Translations under genes and position numbers: made by a program
Notes under the pieces: model-generated
What the model saw: only the letters and a program-made list of their open reading frames with translations
Databases searched by the model: none
Told to the model about the DNA's origin: nothing
Part shown: piece by piece, positions 39,801 to 49,519 of the stretch
How positions within the stretch are numbered: position 1 is the stretch's first letter
How the letters are laid out: every line of letters begins with the position of its first letter
Origin: Vulcanimicrobiota bacterium
Lineage (GTDB): Bacteria > Vulcanimicrobiota > Vulcanimicrobiia > Vulcanimicrobiales > Vulcanimicrobiaceae
Direction: 5' to 3'
DNA: 64,000 nucleotides
NCBI GenBank assembly: GCA_963820825.1
Contig: CAWGBN010000008.1
Coordinates: forward strand, 224,001-288,000

Positions 39801-40690
39801 AACGAAACGAAGGTTGCCCAATGGCCGAGCCCGCGCAGGACGTTGGCGAACGAGGTTGCGGCGTTGTGCATCGACGGCGCTTCGCTCAGGACGCCGTTGA
39901 GCCAGACGCCGCGGAAGTAGTCGACGAACGGAACGAGCCAGTAGAGGTTGATCGCGATCGTCGCGATCGCCGCGGCGACGACGACGGGGGCGGTTCGTGC
40001 GATCGCGGCCGAGGGTTTCGGATCGAAGGCGATCGTGACGACGACGAAGATCGCGAGAACGGCGACGTTGATCGCGACGAGCGGCGGATTCGCGCCGCCG
40101 CCGAGCAGCACGAGCAGCGCAACCGCGAGCGACGCGCGCCAGAGATTCATCTCGCCGCGGATCGCGCGCGCGGTCACGCCGATCATCGCCGGCAGAACGC
40201 CATAGGTCAGCAGCCATACGATCTGCGCCTGCGAGTTCAGCGCGACGTACATATTGAAGAGATATGCGCAGGAGCCGGCGATCCGCGCGATCTCGTCAAG
40301 CCACGGCGCGACGCTGCGCAGGCAGTAGTACATCGACCAGAGGCACCCGAGATAGACGAAGAAGACGGCGACGTGCTGCGCGACGTCTTGCGGAACGTGC
40401 AGCACCTGCGCGAGACCGTAGAACCACGAGTACGGCATTTGGTACGGCACCCAGAATCCGGTGTGCGTACCCATCGCGAGCAGCGGATTCCATGCGTGCA
40501 GCAGCCGCCCCAAAAACTCCAGCGGATTGATGTGGAGTCCGGCCTGCCCGTCGTTGAGCTGGACGCCGCTTCCGTACCCGGTCGTTACCAGGAGGGCGAG
40601 CACGACGAAGAGCGCCGGCACCAGCGCTCGCTGCAGCGTTGCGAGCCGCTCGGCGGCAAATGCCGGCGATCGCGCGGTCTGCTCCTTCAC
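36824..40690 (-). CDS. Alpha-(1->3)-arabinofuranosyltransferase-like (AftD/DUF3367-type GT-C) giant membrane protein, 1288 aa
   Basis: LHAWNP...GT, YLFNMY, NLYWLVP, LRGLGHW, FRFSYKW TM domain; long beta-rich periplasmic region; FNEAFHPEW...NGVANGW and C-terminal TM; GTGA overlap. Confidence 0.7.
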   Translation of the reverse strand: MKEQTARSPAFAAERLATLQRALVPALFVVLALLVTTGYGSGVQLNDGQAGLHINPLEFLGRLLHAWNPLLAMGTHTGFWVPYQMPYSWFYGLAQVLHVPQDVAQHVAVFFVYLGCLWSMYYCLRSVAPWLDEIARIAGSCAYLFNMYVALNSQAQIVWLLTYGVLPAMIGVTARAIRGEMNLWRASLAVALLVLLGGGANPPLVAINVAVLAIFVVVTIAFDPKPSAAIARTAPVVVAAAIATIAINLYWLVPFVDYFRGVWLNGVLSEAPSMHNAATSFANVLRGLGHWATFVSFAGRAYFPWAAAYASGLFGALLWFVPIVAFGGVAFRRNQRPATLFFLIVTLVSVPIVVGYYHDQLGDAVTTPLYDQFYRNFPGFQMFRFSYKWVAGVEFGICGLYALGANALIAALREQIGKLAAAERRRRAWLVSAARTAVIALPILIFIPVIVSKMNYPGEPLPAWEYRESALVGSGQRQRVALFPTQFLEQFDWGNPQFYIEDSLINRPLIYGLLGSEPSEGTDMWVRRAYRATREGLPFSADMYRVMGVDTILQRDDFIPAIDFSSPGEWRFNSTTLTHDLLHRIVGAAPVRADGPLRVYHLGGALPLIYGVAHPVISTLPLFSDGYLGDVEGMAKGRAQFDPPSRSADEFSTSMESLSPILPGSSEQIRDLAVKQALTHGIRVHPPSADAAWLTHFDVKATGDYSIFALDQSLLFSRPAPQTLVVDGKYLSAKSSGGAWASYGNVALTQGKHWVSDGYLDPDLVVAIVATDDLRAWESRIGALTRALPKNLATASLVYARQAGVTIGAPGRYRIRATAVGPFGPDGLVRTEVRRVAGAFAGNLATNLPYVLGSGIAGTSELMMPTQWYRDDPTVYQWQRGDPISWFLFSRHAALRVFVPGSSGARAQVSMRISRLQVADTMTVTVNGGSPQRVQVPGPAADGQAYDTIGRLDGPAPVEIRFPLDLRPGWNDVAFAFRPNGGERADLGADVIAAAVAPDLEFTRIGARAAHGSPNAGKSLTAFAVGLPHDGVITDPEIIGNAANTGSLGAALAVALAGNGRAQYRLFPIARDGSFDIHFMHAFPNDWSDASQRVAGIWLVATSARARFSGVYYTVHAMPAQNLHRPASLENLPLFVDGRVVGRAPVFLARGRHRIASGDRQVKIGLLTLEPVNLARTQDFPLVWHRKSATSVDVTARNGANPFLLVFNEAFHPEWKATLDGVVLPHVVVNGVANGWIVPSLPSGGQIALTFAGQAYYLISGAISVIALLIMIVLAWAPELWPIDSGKP

Positions 40691-41790
40691 GAGTGAGCCT
40701 TTCCATAGAGCCGGAACGGACCTTCCAGAGCGCCGGCGAGCCGCGGCGGAGGGCCGGCGAAGAGCTCGTCGACGTGCCGTATCACGCTCTCGAGCTCGAT
40801 ATCGCGGAGAATGCAACGATACTCGATGCGCCGCACGCACTCGAAGCCGCGCAGGCCTTCGTCGTGGCATGCGGGACAGAGGGACGGGCGTAACGCAACG
40901 GCCGGTCCAATCGGAGCTCCTCGAATTTCGCTAGTCATGCCGTACAGCGCGAGCGTCTTGACGCCGAGACCCGACGCGAGATGGCTAAAACCGGCGTCGT
41001 TGCCGACGAAGACTTCGCACTCCGCGAGCCGTCGCGCAGCATCTATGAGAGGCTCGCGGATGATGCTGATTCCCTCGCTGTGCCGAAAATCTTCCTCGGC
41101 CCGGCGAGCCTCGCTGACTTCGTGCGGCCCGAGAAAGAAACGCACGTTCCGCCCTTTCGCGGACTGCGCGCGCGCCAGCGCGACGAAACGTTCGTATGGC
41201 CAGCGCTTTACTTCGTTTCCTTTGTAGGCCATCGAGCCAGGGTGAATGCCCAGCGTACCCGGCCGCCGCTCCGATTGCCAGGAGGAAGGGACCCAATACT
41301 CGAGCTCGGCCGGATCGGGCGGCAGACCCGCGGCGCGCGCGAGGCGCAGATTCTCGGCGAGCCGATGGCCTCCGCGAAGCGGGACGCGCACGTTTCGCGC
41401 CGTTCGCGCGATCACCGTGGCGGCGCCGCCGTATTCGTGCAGAAAGAGCCGCCTCGCGCCGGCGCCCCGCGCGATGGCGGCGTACTGCCAGCGCGTGGCC
41501 GGAAAGGGGAGGATGCAGGCGTCGTAGCGGTTGCGGCGCAGCGAAGCGATCGCGCGCAGCGCGTTCGACGGACTCGGCCGCAACGGCAGCTCGACGATCC
41601 CGCGCACGATCCCGAGCGCGCGCAGATACTCGCTGACCGGCGGATGCATGGTGACGGCGTCGACCGTCCAGGCTTCGCGGCTCAAACCGCGCAGGATCGG
41701 ACCGGCGGCAAGCGCGTCGCCGAGCCCCGGCAGCAAGAGCACCAGCGCGGTACCGGAACCGGCGTTTTGGGCAGTGGCCGGTACGGCCAC
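40687..41790 (-). CDS. Glycosyltransferase family 9 (heptosyltransferase-like)
   Basis: GLGDAL, IHPGS, KRWPYERF, FVGNDAGFSHLA, LYGMT, C-terminal CxxC...C motif. Confidence 0.88.
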   Translation of the reverse strand: MAVPATAQNAGSGTALVLLLPGLGDALAAGPILRGLSREAWTVDAVTMHPPVSEYLRALGIVRGIVELPLRPSPSNALRAIASLRRNRYDACILPFPATRWQYAAIARGAGARRLFLHEYGGAATVIARTARNVRVPLRGGHRLAENLRLARAAGLPPDPAELEYWVPSSWQSERRPGTLGIHPGSMAYKGNEVKRWPYERFVALARAQSAKGRNVRFFLGPHEVSEARRAEEDFRHSEGISIIREPLIDAARRLAECEVFVGNDAGFSHLASGLGVKTLALYGMTSEIRGAPIGPAVALRPSLCPACHDEGLRGFECVRRIEYRCILRDIELESVIRHVDELFAGPPPRLAGALEGPFRLYGKAHS

Positions 41791-42587
41791 TAATCTCCGA
41801 TGATGATCGGGACGACGATTTCGTGCGACCCGGCGGTACGGTCGAGCCTTACCGTCACGCGCTCGGGCCGGTCGTAATAGCGCAGGATCCGCATTCGATA
41901 GAAGATCGCGAGCGTGTCGAGGAAGACGTTCCAGACGGCGCCGAGGCGAAGCCGGCTGCAGACGCGCTTGAAGTTCAGCGTTACCGGCGCCTCCGCAATG
42001 CGATAGCCGAAGTGATGAACGTTCGCCAGCAGCTCGAGATCGAAGGCGAACCGCTTGACGAGGATTCGCGGAAGGACGCGATCGAGCACCTCGCGTTTGA
42101 AGAGCTTGATGCCGGTCTGCGTGTCGCGCACGGGCAGACCGAAGAGCGCGCGCACCAATACGTAGTAAAAGAAACTGTAGACCCGGCGCTCCGGCGGGTA
42201 GTCCACGTTCGAATCGGGATGGAACTTCGAGCCGATGACGACGTCGGCGCTCGCCGACTCCATGATCGCGAAGAAACGTTCGAGCTGCTCGGGATGCAAA
42301 TCCATGTCGGCGTCGAGAAAGGCGACGCGGTCGCCCTTGGCATAGGAGGCGCCGCAGATCAGCGCGTTGCCCTTTCCTTCGTTGCGATTGCAGCGGACGA
42401 CGCGAACGCGCTCGGGGAACGCGCGCAGCGCGGCGCTCGCCGCGGTATGCGTACCGTCCATGCTGCCGTCGTCGATCACGACGATCTCGAAATCGATTCC
42501 GAGGGCGTGCATCGTCTCGACCGTCTCGCAAACGTTTTCGGCGATAGAATGCGCCTCATTGTAAGCGGGCATTAAGATCGAGAGCAT
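41790..42587 (-). CDS. GT2, DPM1-like polyprenyl-phosphate glycosyltransferase
   Basis: MPAYNE, DDGSMDGT, NEGKGNA, FLDAD, DTQTGIKLF, FAFDLELL. Confidence 0.9.
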   Translation of the reverse strand: MLSILMPAYNEAHSIAENVCETVETMHALGIDFEIVVIDDGSMDGTHTAASAALRAFPERVRVVRCNRNEGKGNALICGASYAKGDRVAFLDADMDLHPEQLERFFAIMESASADVVIGSKFHPDSNVDYPPERRVYSFFYYVLVRALFGLPVRDTQTGIKLFKREVLDRVLPRILVKRFAFDLELLANVHHFGYRIAEAPVTLNFKRVCSRLRLGAVWNVFLDTLAIFYRMRILRYYDRPERVTVRLDRTAGSHEIVVPIIIGD

Positions 42588-42649
42588 CGAGTTGGAAGGT
42601 TTGCCCTGGAGAAAAACCTAGCCTGCCGGCCGGGCGGTAATTGTGAGCA

Positions 42650-44194
42650 CTATGCGATCGGGGCTTCGCGGTTCTCCGGCGGGCTCACGAGGTTCCGCTC
42701 GAACTTTGCGACGATCGTGCGCCACGCCAGATTAAGCTCTTCGACGCCCAGCATGCGTGCGACCGCTACGAAAACGGTGCCTCCGATCGCGATCTGCCCA
42801 AAGAGGAACCACGCACGTGAGGCCAGCGTCGCCTCGGGGGTGACGCCGAGAGCGCCGATCCATCCGAGCGCAGCCAGCATGGCAACCGAGCTCACGACGA
42901 CCTTTCCGGCAGAGAGCAGGAGCGCGCCCCAATCGATCCCCGAGACGAGGCGTGCGATGACCACGAGCAAGAGTATCGCCTGCATGCTTTGACTCAGCGA
43001 GTTCGCCAGAAGCAGGCCGCGAGCGCCGAGGCTCGGCAGCCAGACCATCGAGAGCAGCACGTTGACGATAACCGTGACGACCGAGATCGTGACGGGCCAG
43101 AGCGTCTCACGGCATGCGAAGCAGCATCGCGTCAAGACCACGTTGGCGGCGAGCGCGATCAGCCCGATCGCGGCGTAAGGCAGCAGCGAGGCGGTCAAAT
43201 CGGTGGCGCTCGCCTGGAACGTTCCGCGTTCGAAGAGCGCCTGAACCATCGGATGCGCGAGCATCATCAGCGCGCAGACTGCGGGAATCGTGATGAAATT
43301 CACCAGACGCAGGCCGGTCACGACGCTCCGCGCGACGCCGCGCCGGTTCTCGCGCGCGAACTGCGCCGCGAGCAGGGGAAAGATCACCGTCGCAATCGCC
43401 GCCGCGAAGATCTGCTGCGGAAAGTTCACCAGCTTCGTCGCGTAGTTCATACCGGCGATATAGCCGGGCGCCAGCGTCGAAGCGAAGAAACGATCGAAAA
43501 AGAGCGCGAGCTGGCCGGCAGCCGAGCCGACGATGATCGGTCCGAGCAGCGTCCAGATCTTCTGCAAGCCGGGATGGCGGAGATCGAGAATGGGCCGGTA
43601 CTTCCCGATGGAGAGAAACGAGGGAAGCTGCACCAGCATCTGTGCCGTCAATCCCAAGACCGTCCCCAAGACGAGTGCGTAGATGCCCATGTTGTGGCTG
43701 AGCAGTACGACGCAGCCGATCGTTACAACGTTGACCGCAACGCCGACCAGCGCCGCGGCGCGGAAACGGTGATAGGCGTTGAGCATGGCGGTGAGCACCC
43801 CGCTCAGACTGACCGCGACGATGCTCGGCATGAGCCAGCGAGTCATGCGGATGGCGACGCCCATCTGCGGCGCGGGGAAGCCGTGCGCGATGACCGGCAC
43901 GTACCACTGCGCGGTGAAGAATCCGATGACCGCGCAGCTCGTCAGGACGATCGCCAGCAGGTTGAGCACGGTGCTCGCGAGCCGCCACGCTTCGTCTTCC
44001 TTGCGATGGGCGAGATACTCGGAGAAGGTCGGGACGAGCGCGCTTACCAGCGCGCCGTTGAAGACGCCGAAGAGAATCGTCGGAATCGTCGCCGCGGCCA
44101 AGAACGTGTCCATCTCCCAGCGCGTGCCATAATACCGGGCGCTCGCGACCTCACGCAAGAATCCAAGAAGCGTCGATGCGAAGGTCGCACCCAT
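42650..44194 (-). CDS. murJ: Lipid II flippase MurJ (MviN); true start probably upstream
   Basis: LGFLRE, ALVPTFSEY, GMNYATKLVNFP, LFERGTF; the frame stays open upstream of the ATG (…HRFSIAGSTFFI). Confidence 0.9.
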   Translation of the reverse strand: MGATFASTLLGFLREVASARYYGTRWEMDTFLAAATIPTILFGVFNGALVSALVPTFSEYLAHRKEDEAWRLASTVLNLLAIVLTSCAVIGFFTAQWYVPVIAHGFPAPQMGVAIRMTRWLMPSIVAVSLSGVLTAMLNAYHRFRAAALVGVAVNVVTIGCVVLLSHNMGIYALVLGTVLGLTAQMLVQLPSFLSIGKYRPILDLRHPGLQKIWTLLGPIIVGSAAGQLALFFDRFFASTLAPGYIAGMNYATKLVNFPQQIFAAAIATVIFPLLAAQFARENRRGVARSVVTGLRLVNFITIPAVCALMMLAHPMVQALFERGTFQASATDLTASLLPYAAIGLIALAANVVLTRCCFACRETLWPVTISVVTVIVNVLLSMVWLPSLGARGLLLANSLSQSMQAILLLVVIARLVSGIDWGALLLSAGKVVVSSVAMLAALGWIGALGVTPEATLASRAWFLFGQIAIGGTVFVAVARMLGVEELNLAWRTIVAKFERNLVSPPENREAPIA

Positions 44195-44273
44195 GATGAA
44201 AAAGGTCGAACCCGCAATCGAAAAACGATGACGGGGACGGAGCTCCGGAACGACGCGAAGGTGCGGGGTGGGC

Positions 44274-44936
44274 CTAATGCGCTCCGTTCCTCCGTAAGAC
44301 GGCCGGTATCGTCTTGGCCACGATCAACAGATCGCCAAGCGGCGTCCACTCGTCGACGTAGCGGTTGTCGAGCTCCATCCAATGATCGAACGAGACGTCG
44401 CTGCGCCCGTTGATCTGCCAGAGACAGGTAATGCCCTGGGGAACGCTGAGCCGCCGGTACGCGACCGCATCGTAATGCTCGACCTCGCTCGGAAGCGCGG
44501 GGCGCGGACCGACGAGCGACATTTCGCCGAGCACGACGTTGATAAGATTCGGCAGCTCATCGATGCTGGTGCGCCGCAGAAAGGGTCCGAGCGGATGGAG
44601 ACGGGGATCGTTTCTGATTTTGAAGACCGGACCGTCCACCTCGTTTAGATGCATAACGCTCTGACGCATCGCATGGGCTCCGTTGACCATCGTGCGCAGC
44701 TTGAACATTTTGAAACGGCGCCCGTGCATGCCCACGCGTTCCTGCGCGAAGAACGGCGTGCCGCCGGTGACGCATGCGATTCCCAACGCCGCGAGCGCGA
44801 CGACCGGAGCGGCAATCGCCAGCAGCAGGCCGCCGACGACGATGTCGATTCCGCGCTTGGCAGCGCGCCACAACTCCGGTACGTCGCGTGCGGCACGCGC
44901 GCCGACGGGGATCCGGATCGCGTTTGAGTGCCTCAC
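44274..44936 (-). CDS. Priming sugar transferase (polyprenyl-phosphate phosphoglycosyltransferase, Bac_transf)
   Basis: KRGIDI, FKLRTM, DPR, RTSIDELP, GEMSLVGPRP, GITCLWQINGR; GTGA overlap. Confidence 0.93.
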   Translation of the reverse strand: MRHSNAIRIPVGARAARDVPELWRAAKRGIDIVVGGLLLAIAAPVVALAALGIACVTGGTPFFAQERVGMHGRRFKMFKLRTMVNGAHAMRQSVMHLNEVDGPVFKIRNDPRLHPLGPFLRRTSIDELPNLINVVLGEMSLVGPRPALPSEVEHYDAVAYRRLSVPQGITCLWQINGRSDVSFDHWMELDNRYVDEWTPLGDLLIVAKTIPAVLRRNGAH

Positions 44937-46048
44937 GCCGCGAACGCCTCTCTCACCGCAAGCCCGACGAAATCGAGTCCGTCGATCTCGCCGAGCGCGC
45001 ACCCGGCAAGACCGAGGTGGAGAAACGGTACGTACTCGCGCGTGTGGTCGGAGCCCGGCGCCGTGGGGTCGCATCCGTGGTCGGCGGTAAGAATCACCTC
45101 GTCTCCATGTCGCAGCCGAGCCTCGATGCCAGGCAGCATGGTATCGAGTTCTTCGAGCGCACGGCCATACCCGCGTACGTCGCGCCGATGACCGTACTTC
45201 GAATCGAAGTCGTTGAGGTTGGTAAAGATGAAACCGTTCTCGACTCGTTCCAATAACTCGAACGTTCGCTCCATCGCATCGCGGTTGTCGGCAACGCGAA
45301 GGGACGACGATATTCCCCGCCCGCAGTAGATGTCGCCAATCTTGCCTACCGCGTGCACCTCGATATGCCCGGCTTGCAGCTCGTCGAGCAGATTCGGAGG
45401 CGGCTCGATTGCATAATCCCGTCGATTCGGCGTCCGCCGGAAAGCCCCCGGTTTGCCTATAAACGGCCGAGCGATGACCCGGTTCACGTTATGAGGAGGG
45501 CGCAGCACCTCCCGCATGCGGGCGCACCACTCGTAGAGGAGCGCGAGCGGAACGACCTCCTCGTGAGCGGCGATTTGGAAGACGGAGTCGGCCGAGGTGT
45601 AGAGGATGGGCCGGCCGCCGGCGAGGTGCTCGGGGCCAAGCTGTTCGATGATCTCGGTTCCCGATGCGGTTCGGTTTCCAAGCGGCGGCTTACCCGCAAT
45701 CCGCGTCAGTTCGGCGACGATCTCCGGTGGAAATCCCTGGGGATACGTCGGAAAAGGGATGTCGGTCACCACGCCCATCATCTCCCAATGTCCGGTGATC
45801 GTATCTTTGCCGCGGCTGCGTTCCCGCAGACGCGCGACGCGCGCGAGCGGCTGTGCGGCGGGCGCGACGCCGGCGATCTCCGTCAAAAGTCCGAGCCCCC
45901 ACCGCTCGAAGTTGGGAAGAGACAACGAGCCGAGTCGCCGCGCGACGTTACCGATCGTATTCGCTCCCGGCGCGTCGCCGTATCGCTCGGCGTCGGCGAG
46001 CGCACCCACACCGCCGGAGTCGATGACGATTGCGACCACTCGCTTCAT
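44933..46048 (-). CDS. deoB: Phosphopentomutase
   Basis: IDSGGVG, GKDTITGHWE, YTSADSVFQIAAHE, RVIARPF, YGHRRD, TADHGCDP, DHTRE. Confidence 0.96.
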   Translation of the reverse strand: MKRVVAIVIDSGGVGALADAERYGDAPGANTIGNVARRLGSLSLPNFERWGLGLLTEIAGVAPAAQPLARVARLRERSRGKDTITGHWEMMGVVTDIPFPTYPQGFPPEIVAELTRIAGKPPLGNRTASGTEIIEQLGPEHLAGGRPILYTSADSVFQIAAHEEVVPLALLYEWCARMREVLRPPHNVNRVIARPFIGKPGAFRRTPNRRDYAIEPPPNLLDELQAGHIEVHAVGKIGDIYCGRGISSSLRVADNRDAMERTFELLERVENGFIFTNLNDFDSKYGHRRDVRGYGRALEELDTMLPGIEARLRHGDEVILTADHGCDPTAPGSDHTREYVPFLHLGLAGCALGEIDGLDFVGLAVREAFAA

Positions 46049-46112
46049 CGGTGCGCTCCTTCCCTTCGCGACTCGCTTCCTACTCTCACGCAGACGAAGA
46101 TAGGAGTGCGGC

Positions 46113-48042
46113 GTGCGCCCAATAAACGTTGCGACGGTGCCTCGAATCGCCCGCTCGACGGCGCTCGCAACGCTGATGCTCGTTCTTGCACCCGCGGTTG
46201 CCCGCGCCGGGGTGCCGACCCCCGCGCCGAGCGCGGCCCCGCCGACGAGCATTCTCTACCTGAACGCCACCAAGCTCGACTTTTATTACAATCGATTCTT
46301 AATCGAGGGCGACGGAAACGTTCGCATCCGGACGAGCGACGGCTTCACGGTGACGGGCGACGCCTTTTCGATGGACCTCAAGCTCAATCGCTTCATGGTA
46401 GCCGGACACGTGACGCTGCACGATGCAACCGGTACGGTGAGCGGAGCCGCGATCGCCGATTTCCTCGATTTCAGGCGGATCTATTTCGTTCCGGTGACGA
46501 GCGAGCCGGACCGCTGGACCTTCCTCGACGGGGATCTCGCGCATCCGGTCAAGGGGCGAATGATGCCGGACGACGCCTTCTATTTCCCTTCGGTCTCCGA
46601 GCATCCGAGCATCACCGCGAACGGGGCGGTCATCGGCACGAAGACCTACGTGCGATTCATAAACGCCCACACGTACTTCCTCAACGCGGGCGTCCCGCTC
46701 GGTTCGTACGTGGTCAACTTCTCGTCGAATCAGTATTTCGCGCAGAACACCCTCTCGGGGGCGAGCGTCGATCTCACCTGGAATCTCGCCGGCAATACCA
46801 ACTCGCTGACCGCCGTGCACCTGCGTTACGACCCCACCTATAAGACCTATCTCTCGGTCGAACAACACTTCGTCGGCGAGCACGAGTACGCGATCTTCTC
46901 GGTCAACCCCGCGACGCGCGCCGAGAAATGGTGGAACCTCGCGCTCTACGAGAAGCTGGGGAGCCGCTTTCGAAATTCAAAGCTTCACTCAGTACTACAC
47001 CCAGCAAACCTGGCTGCGTCTGCCGCAGGCGGCCCAGCAGACGACCTACATCAACGCCACCTACGCGTTTCCGCACTCATACGTTCAAGCAACGTCGCAG
47101 CTGACGAACTACAACGTGCTCGGTCCGGGCTCGCTCAACCCCGGCACGGTCGCCGGGAATCTCTCGCATCCGACGCAGATTCAGCTCACCGCATCGAGTT
47201 TTCAGAACCGGATCGCGAACTGGCCGATCTTCGAGCAGATCTACGAAGGCTACGGGTTCAATCACGATTCCGTCGGCGCGCTGCAGTACAACCAGGGCAG
47301 CAACGGCATCGCGCCGATCCCCGTACCCGGACTTCAGTCCTACGGCGCGCCGTGCGCCAATCAGCACGGGGTAAAGAATCCGCCCGTTTACTTCTGCCCC
47401 GTCTACACGACGATTTGGAACACCGTCTTCGGATTCAACCTATATACCGCCGCGATCAAGCTCAACGATCCGCCCACCCCGTATGGCACGTACTATTTCA
47501 ACGCGAGCTTCAACAAGCAGTATCAGTGGAACTCGTTGCCGCATTGGATCAGCACGGCGTCGGAGAATTTCAGCATCAGCCGCCAGTTCTCGCGAGCGCT
47601 CAATACGTATATCGGGTATCAGATCCTCAACGTCGGAGACCACTATATCAACGGCGGCTACCAACCGTGCGAGCCGGCCGGTACCACCTACTGCCCGTCG
47701 AGCTTCACCTCGTTTCGCGGCGTCTCGACCGAGCGGACGACGAGTCTGGGCATCAACGACGCGCCGACGCCGGAGTTCAACTTCTCGCTGCTCGTCCGGC
47801 ATCACGACGATTTTCCGATTCCGGTACCCGGTCTCTTCGGACTGCCGGCAAACAATATCATCGGTCAGCCCCTCTACACGTCGTATCTGGGTCAGGCGCC
47901 GTACGATGCGACCGGTGAGGTTCGGCTGAAGATCCTCTCGCACGCGCTGCTCGACGTCTCGCGGACGTTCTACTGGTACGGCAATCCCTATCGCACGACG
48001 TTCTGGCAGCCGAGCTTCGTCGTGCAGGTGCTGCCGATATGA
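46113..48042 (+). CDS. Exported outer-membrane protein, LptD/OstA-like (tentative), frameshifted at ~46969
   Basis: Signal peptide; OstA-like N-domain (IEGDGNVRI...GDAFSMDL); aromatic-rich beta strands; removing one T at 46968-46970 joins ...LGSR to FEIQSFTQYY...VVQVLPI. Confidence 0.6.
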
Positions 48043-48911
48043 AGCGCTTCGCGTTCGCGCTCGCCGCCGCCACGCTGGCGATCGTACTGATCGCCGCGGG
48101 GCCTTCGGTCGTGGTCAGCGGCCAGCTCCTCGACTATCAAGGCGGCTACGTCTTCTTTACGACCGGTGACGGCTTTCGCGTCGCACCCGACGTCACGATC
48201 CGCGACGCGAAGTCCGGGGGCGCGACGGCGATTCACCCGGCCGCGCGCGTGTGGGCCCGGGCGACCTTCGATTCGACCGGCACGGTAACCGAACTCGATC
48301 TCTCGCGCGATCCGCTGCCGCCGCAAGGCAGCTTCGCCGACGTGGCGCATTTCGCGGTCGCGCTCTCGTCGCCGGTTCCCAATCCCGATCTCCTCAAGGC
48401 GGTCGAAACGCCGGCGCCCGGCGAGACCTTCACGCCAACGCAGCGCTTCTCGGGAAGGCCGGTGCTCGTTACGTTCATCGTGCAAGTGCCGCCCTATACG
48501 CCGTTTACCTCGAGCATCTACATCGCAACCGATCAGAGCGGCTGGAACGCTCAAGCGATTCCGATGGATCGCGTCGACGCCTTGCACTATCAGATTACGC
48601 GCCGCTACAACTCGGGCACGATCTTCCGCTACGTCTACGACCGCGGCTCGCTGCAATCGCAGGAGGTCGCGCAGAACGGCCTGGCACGAACGCCGCGGAG
48701 CGTGACCGTTACGAATGCCGACGTTCGCGTGATTCGCGACGTCGTGTACGCGTGGCAAGACGCAGCGCCGGGCGGGGTCAACCAACCGCAGCCGCAGATC
48801 ATGCCGACGCCATATAATCCGGCGCCCTTCCCGAACATGCCCAACTGTCTGCCGCCGCCGCAGCCGAACGGACAGCGCCCGGCTCCGCCGCCGAATTGCC
48901 CGCCGCCGTAG
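48039..48911 (+). CDS. Secreted protein with CBM20-like domain and Pro-rich tail
   Basis: Signal peptide; VTFIVQVPPYTP..SIYIATDQSGWN...M..FRYVYDRGS resembles a starch-binding CBM20; ATGA overlap. Confidence 0.65.
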   Translation: MKRFAFALAAATLAIVLIAAGPSVVVSGQLLDYQGGYVFFTTGDGFRVAPDVTIRDAKSGGATAIHPAARVWARATFDSTGTVTELDLSRDPLPPQGSFADVAHFAVALSSPVPNPDLLKAVETPAPGETFTPTQRFSGRPVLVTFIVQVPPYTPFTSSIYIATDQSGWNAQAIPMDRVDALHYQITRRYNSGTIFRYVYDRGSLQSQEVAQNGLARTPRSVTVTNADVRVIRDVVYAWQDAAPGGVNQPQPQIMPTPYNPAPFPNMPNCLPPPQPNGQRPAPPPNCPPP

Positions 48912-48913
48912 CG

Positions 48914-49474
48914 TCAGCGCACGGTCAACGGGATCGCGCGAGTCGCCGAATCTCCGCGCGTGTTGCGCGCGATCACCTGCATCGTGAAGCTGCCGTGAAC
49001 GAACCACGGCAGCGGGCCGACCGTATAGAGCAGCTGGAATCGCCCGACGCCGACCTTGTCCAGGCTCACCGAGTATCCGCCGATGCGGGCCTCGACGCTC
49101 GCGACGTTCGAGCTGGTGACCACCTCGCCGAAGACGCGATCGCCGGGACGGACGCTCGTCTCGCTCACCGCGACGTCGAGAATTTTCGGTGCCGCATCGG
49201 GCGCAAGCCGTGGAATCTTCTTGACGGCCATCGGCGGCGCCGTGACGGCCTGCCGCGGAGCCGGCGTGCCCGAGGGTGACGGACTCGGCGGCGGCGACTG
49301 CCCGCTCTTGCTCGCCGTGGGCGGCGGGTGCGGCGTTGCTGCGGGCGTTGCGCTCGGCCGGCTCGCCGGCGACGGCCGGACCGGCGGCGGTTCAGGCATC
49401 TTACGGGCATGGCTGCAGCCCGCGAGCGCTACCACGGAGGCCGCGATCCAAACGGCCTGGCGGACGTTGCGCAT
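48914..49474 (-). CDS. Lipoprotein with Pro-rich linker and Ig-like C-terminal domain
   Basis: Lipobox LAGC after MRNVRQAVWIAASVVA; PSPS linker; beta-rich C-terminus. Confidence 0.7.
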   Translation of the reverse strand: MRNVRQAVWIAASVVALAGCSHARKMPEPPPVRPSPASRPSATPAATPHPPPTASKSGQSPPPSPSPSGTPAPRQAVTAPPMAVKKIPRLAPDAAPKILDVAVSETSVRPGDRVFGEVVTSSNVASVEARIGGYSVSLDKVGVGRFQLLYTVGPLPWFVHGSFTMQVIARNTRGDSATRAIPLTVR

Positions 49475-49519
49475 CTCAGCCTGGTTCTGCCCACTATCCG
49501 TTGAAAACTCTCTAGCGGA

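Noticed and set aside
38888..40696. 602-aa plus-strand ORF, and similar long antisense ORFs (14462-15757, 17338-18900, 20508-22007, 42989-44413)
   Set aside because: All lie antisense to well-supported genes and lack domain signatures
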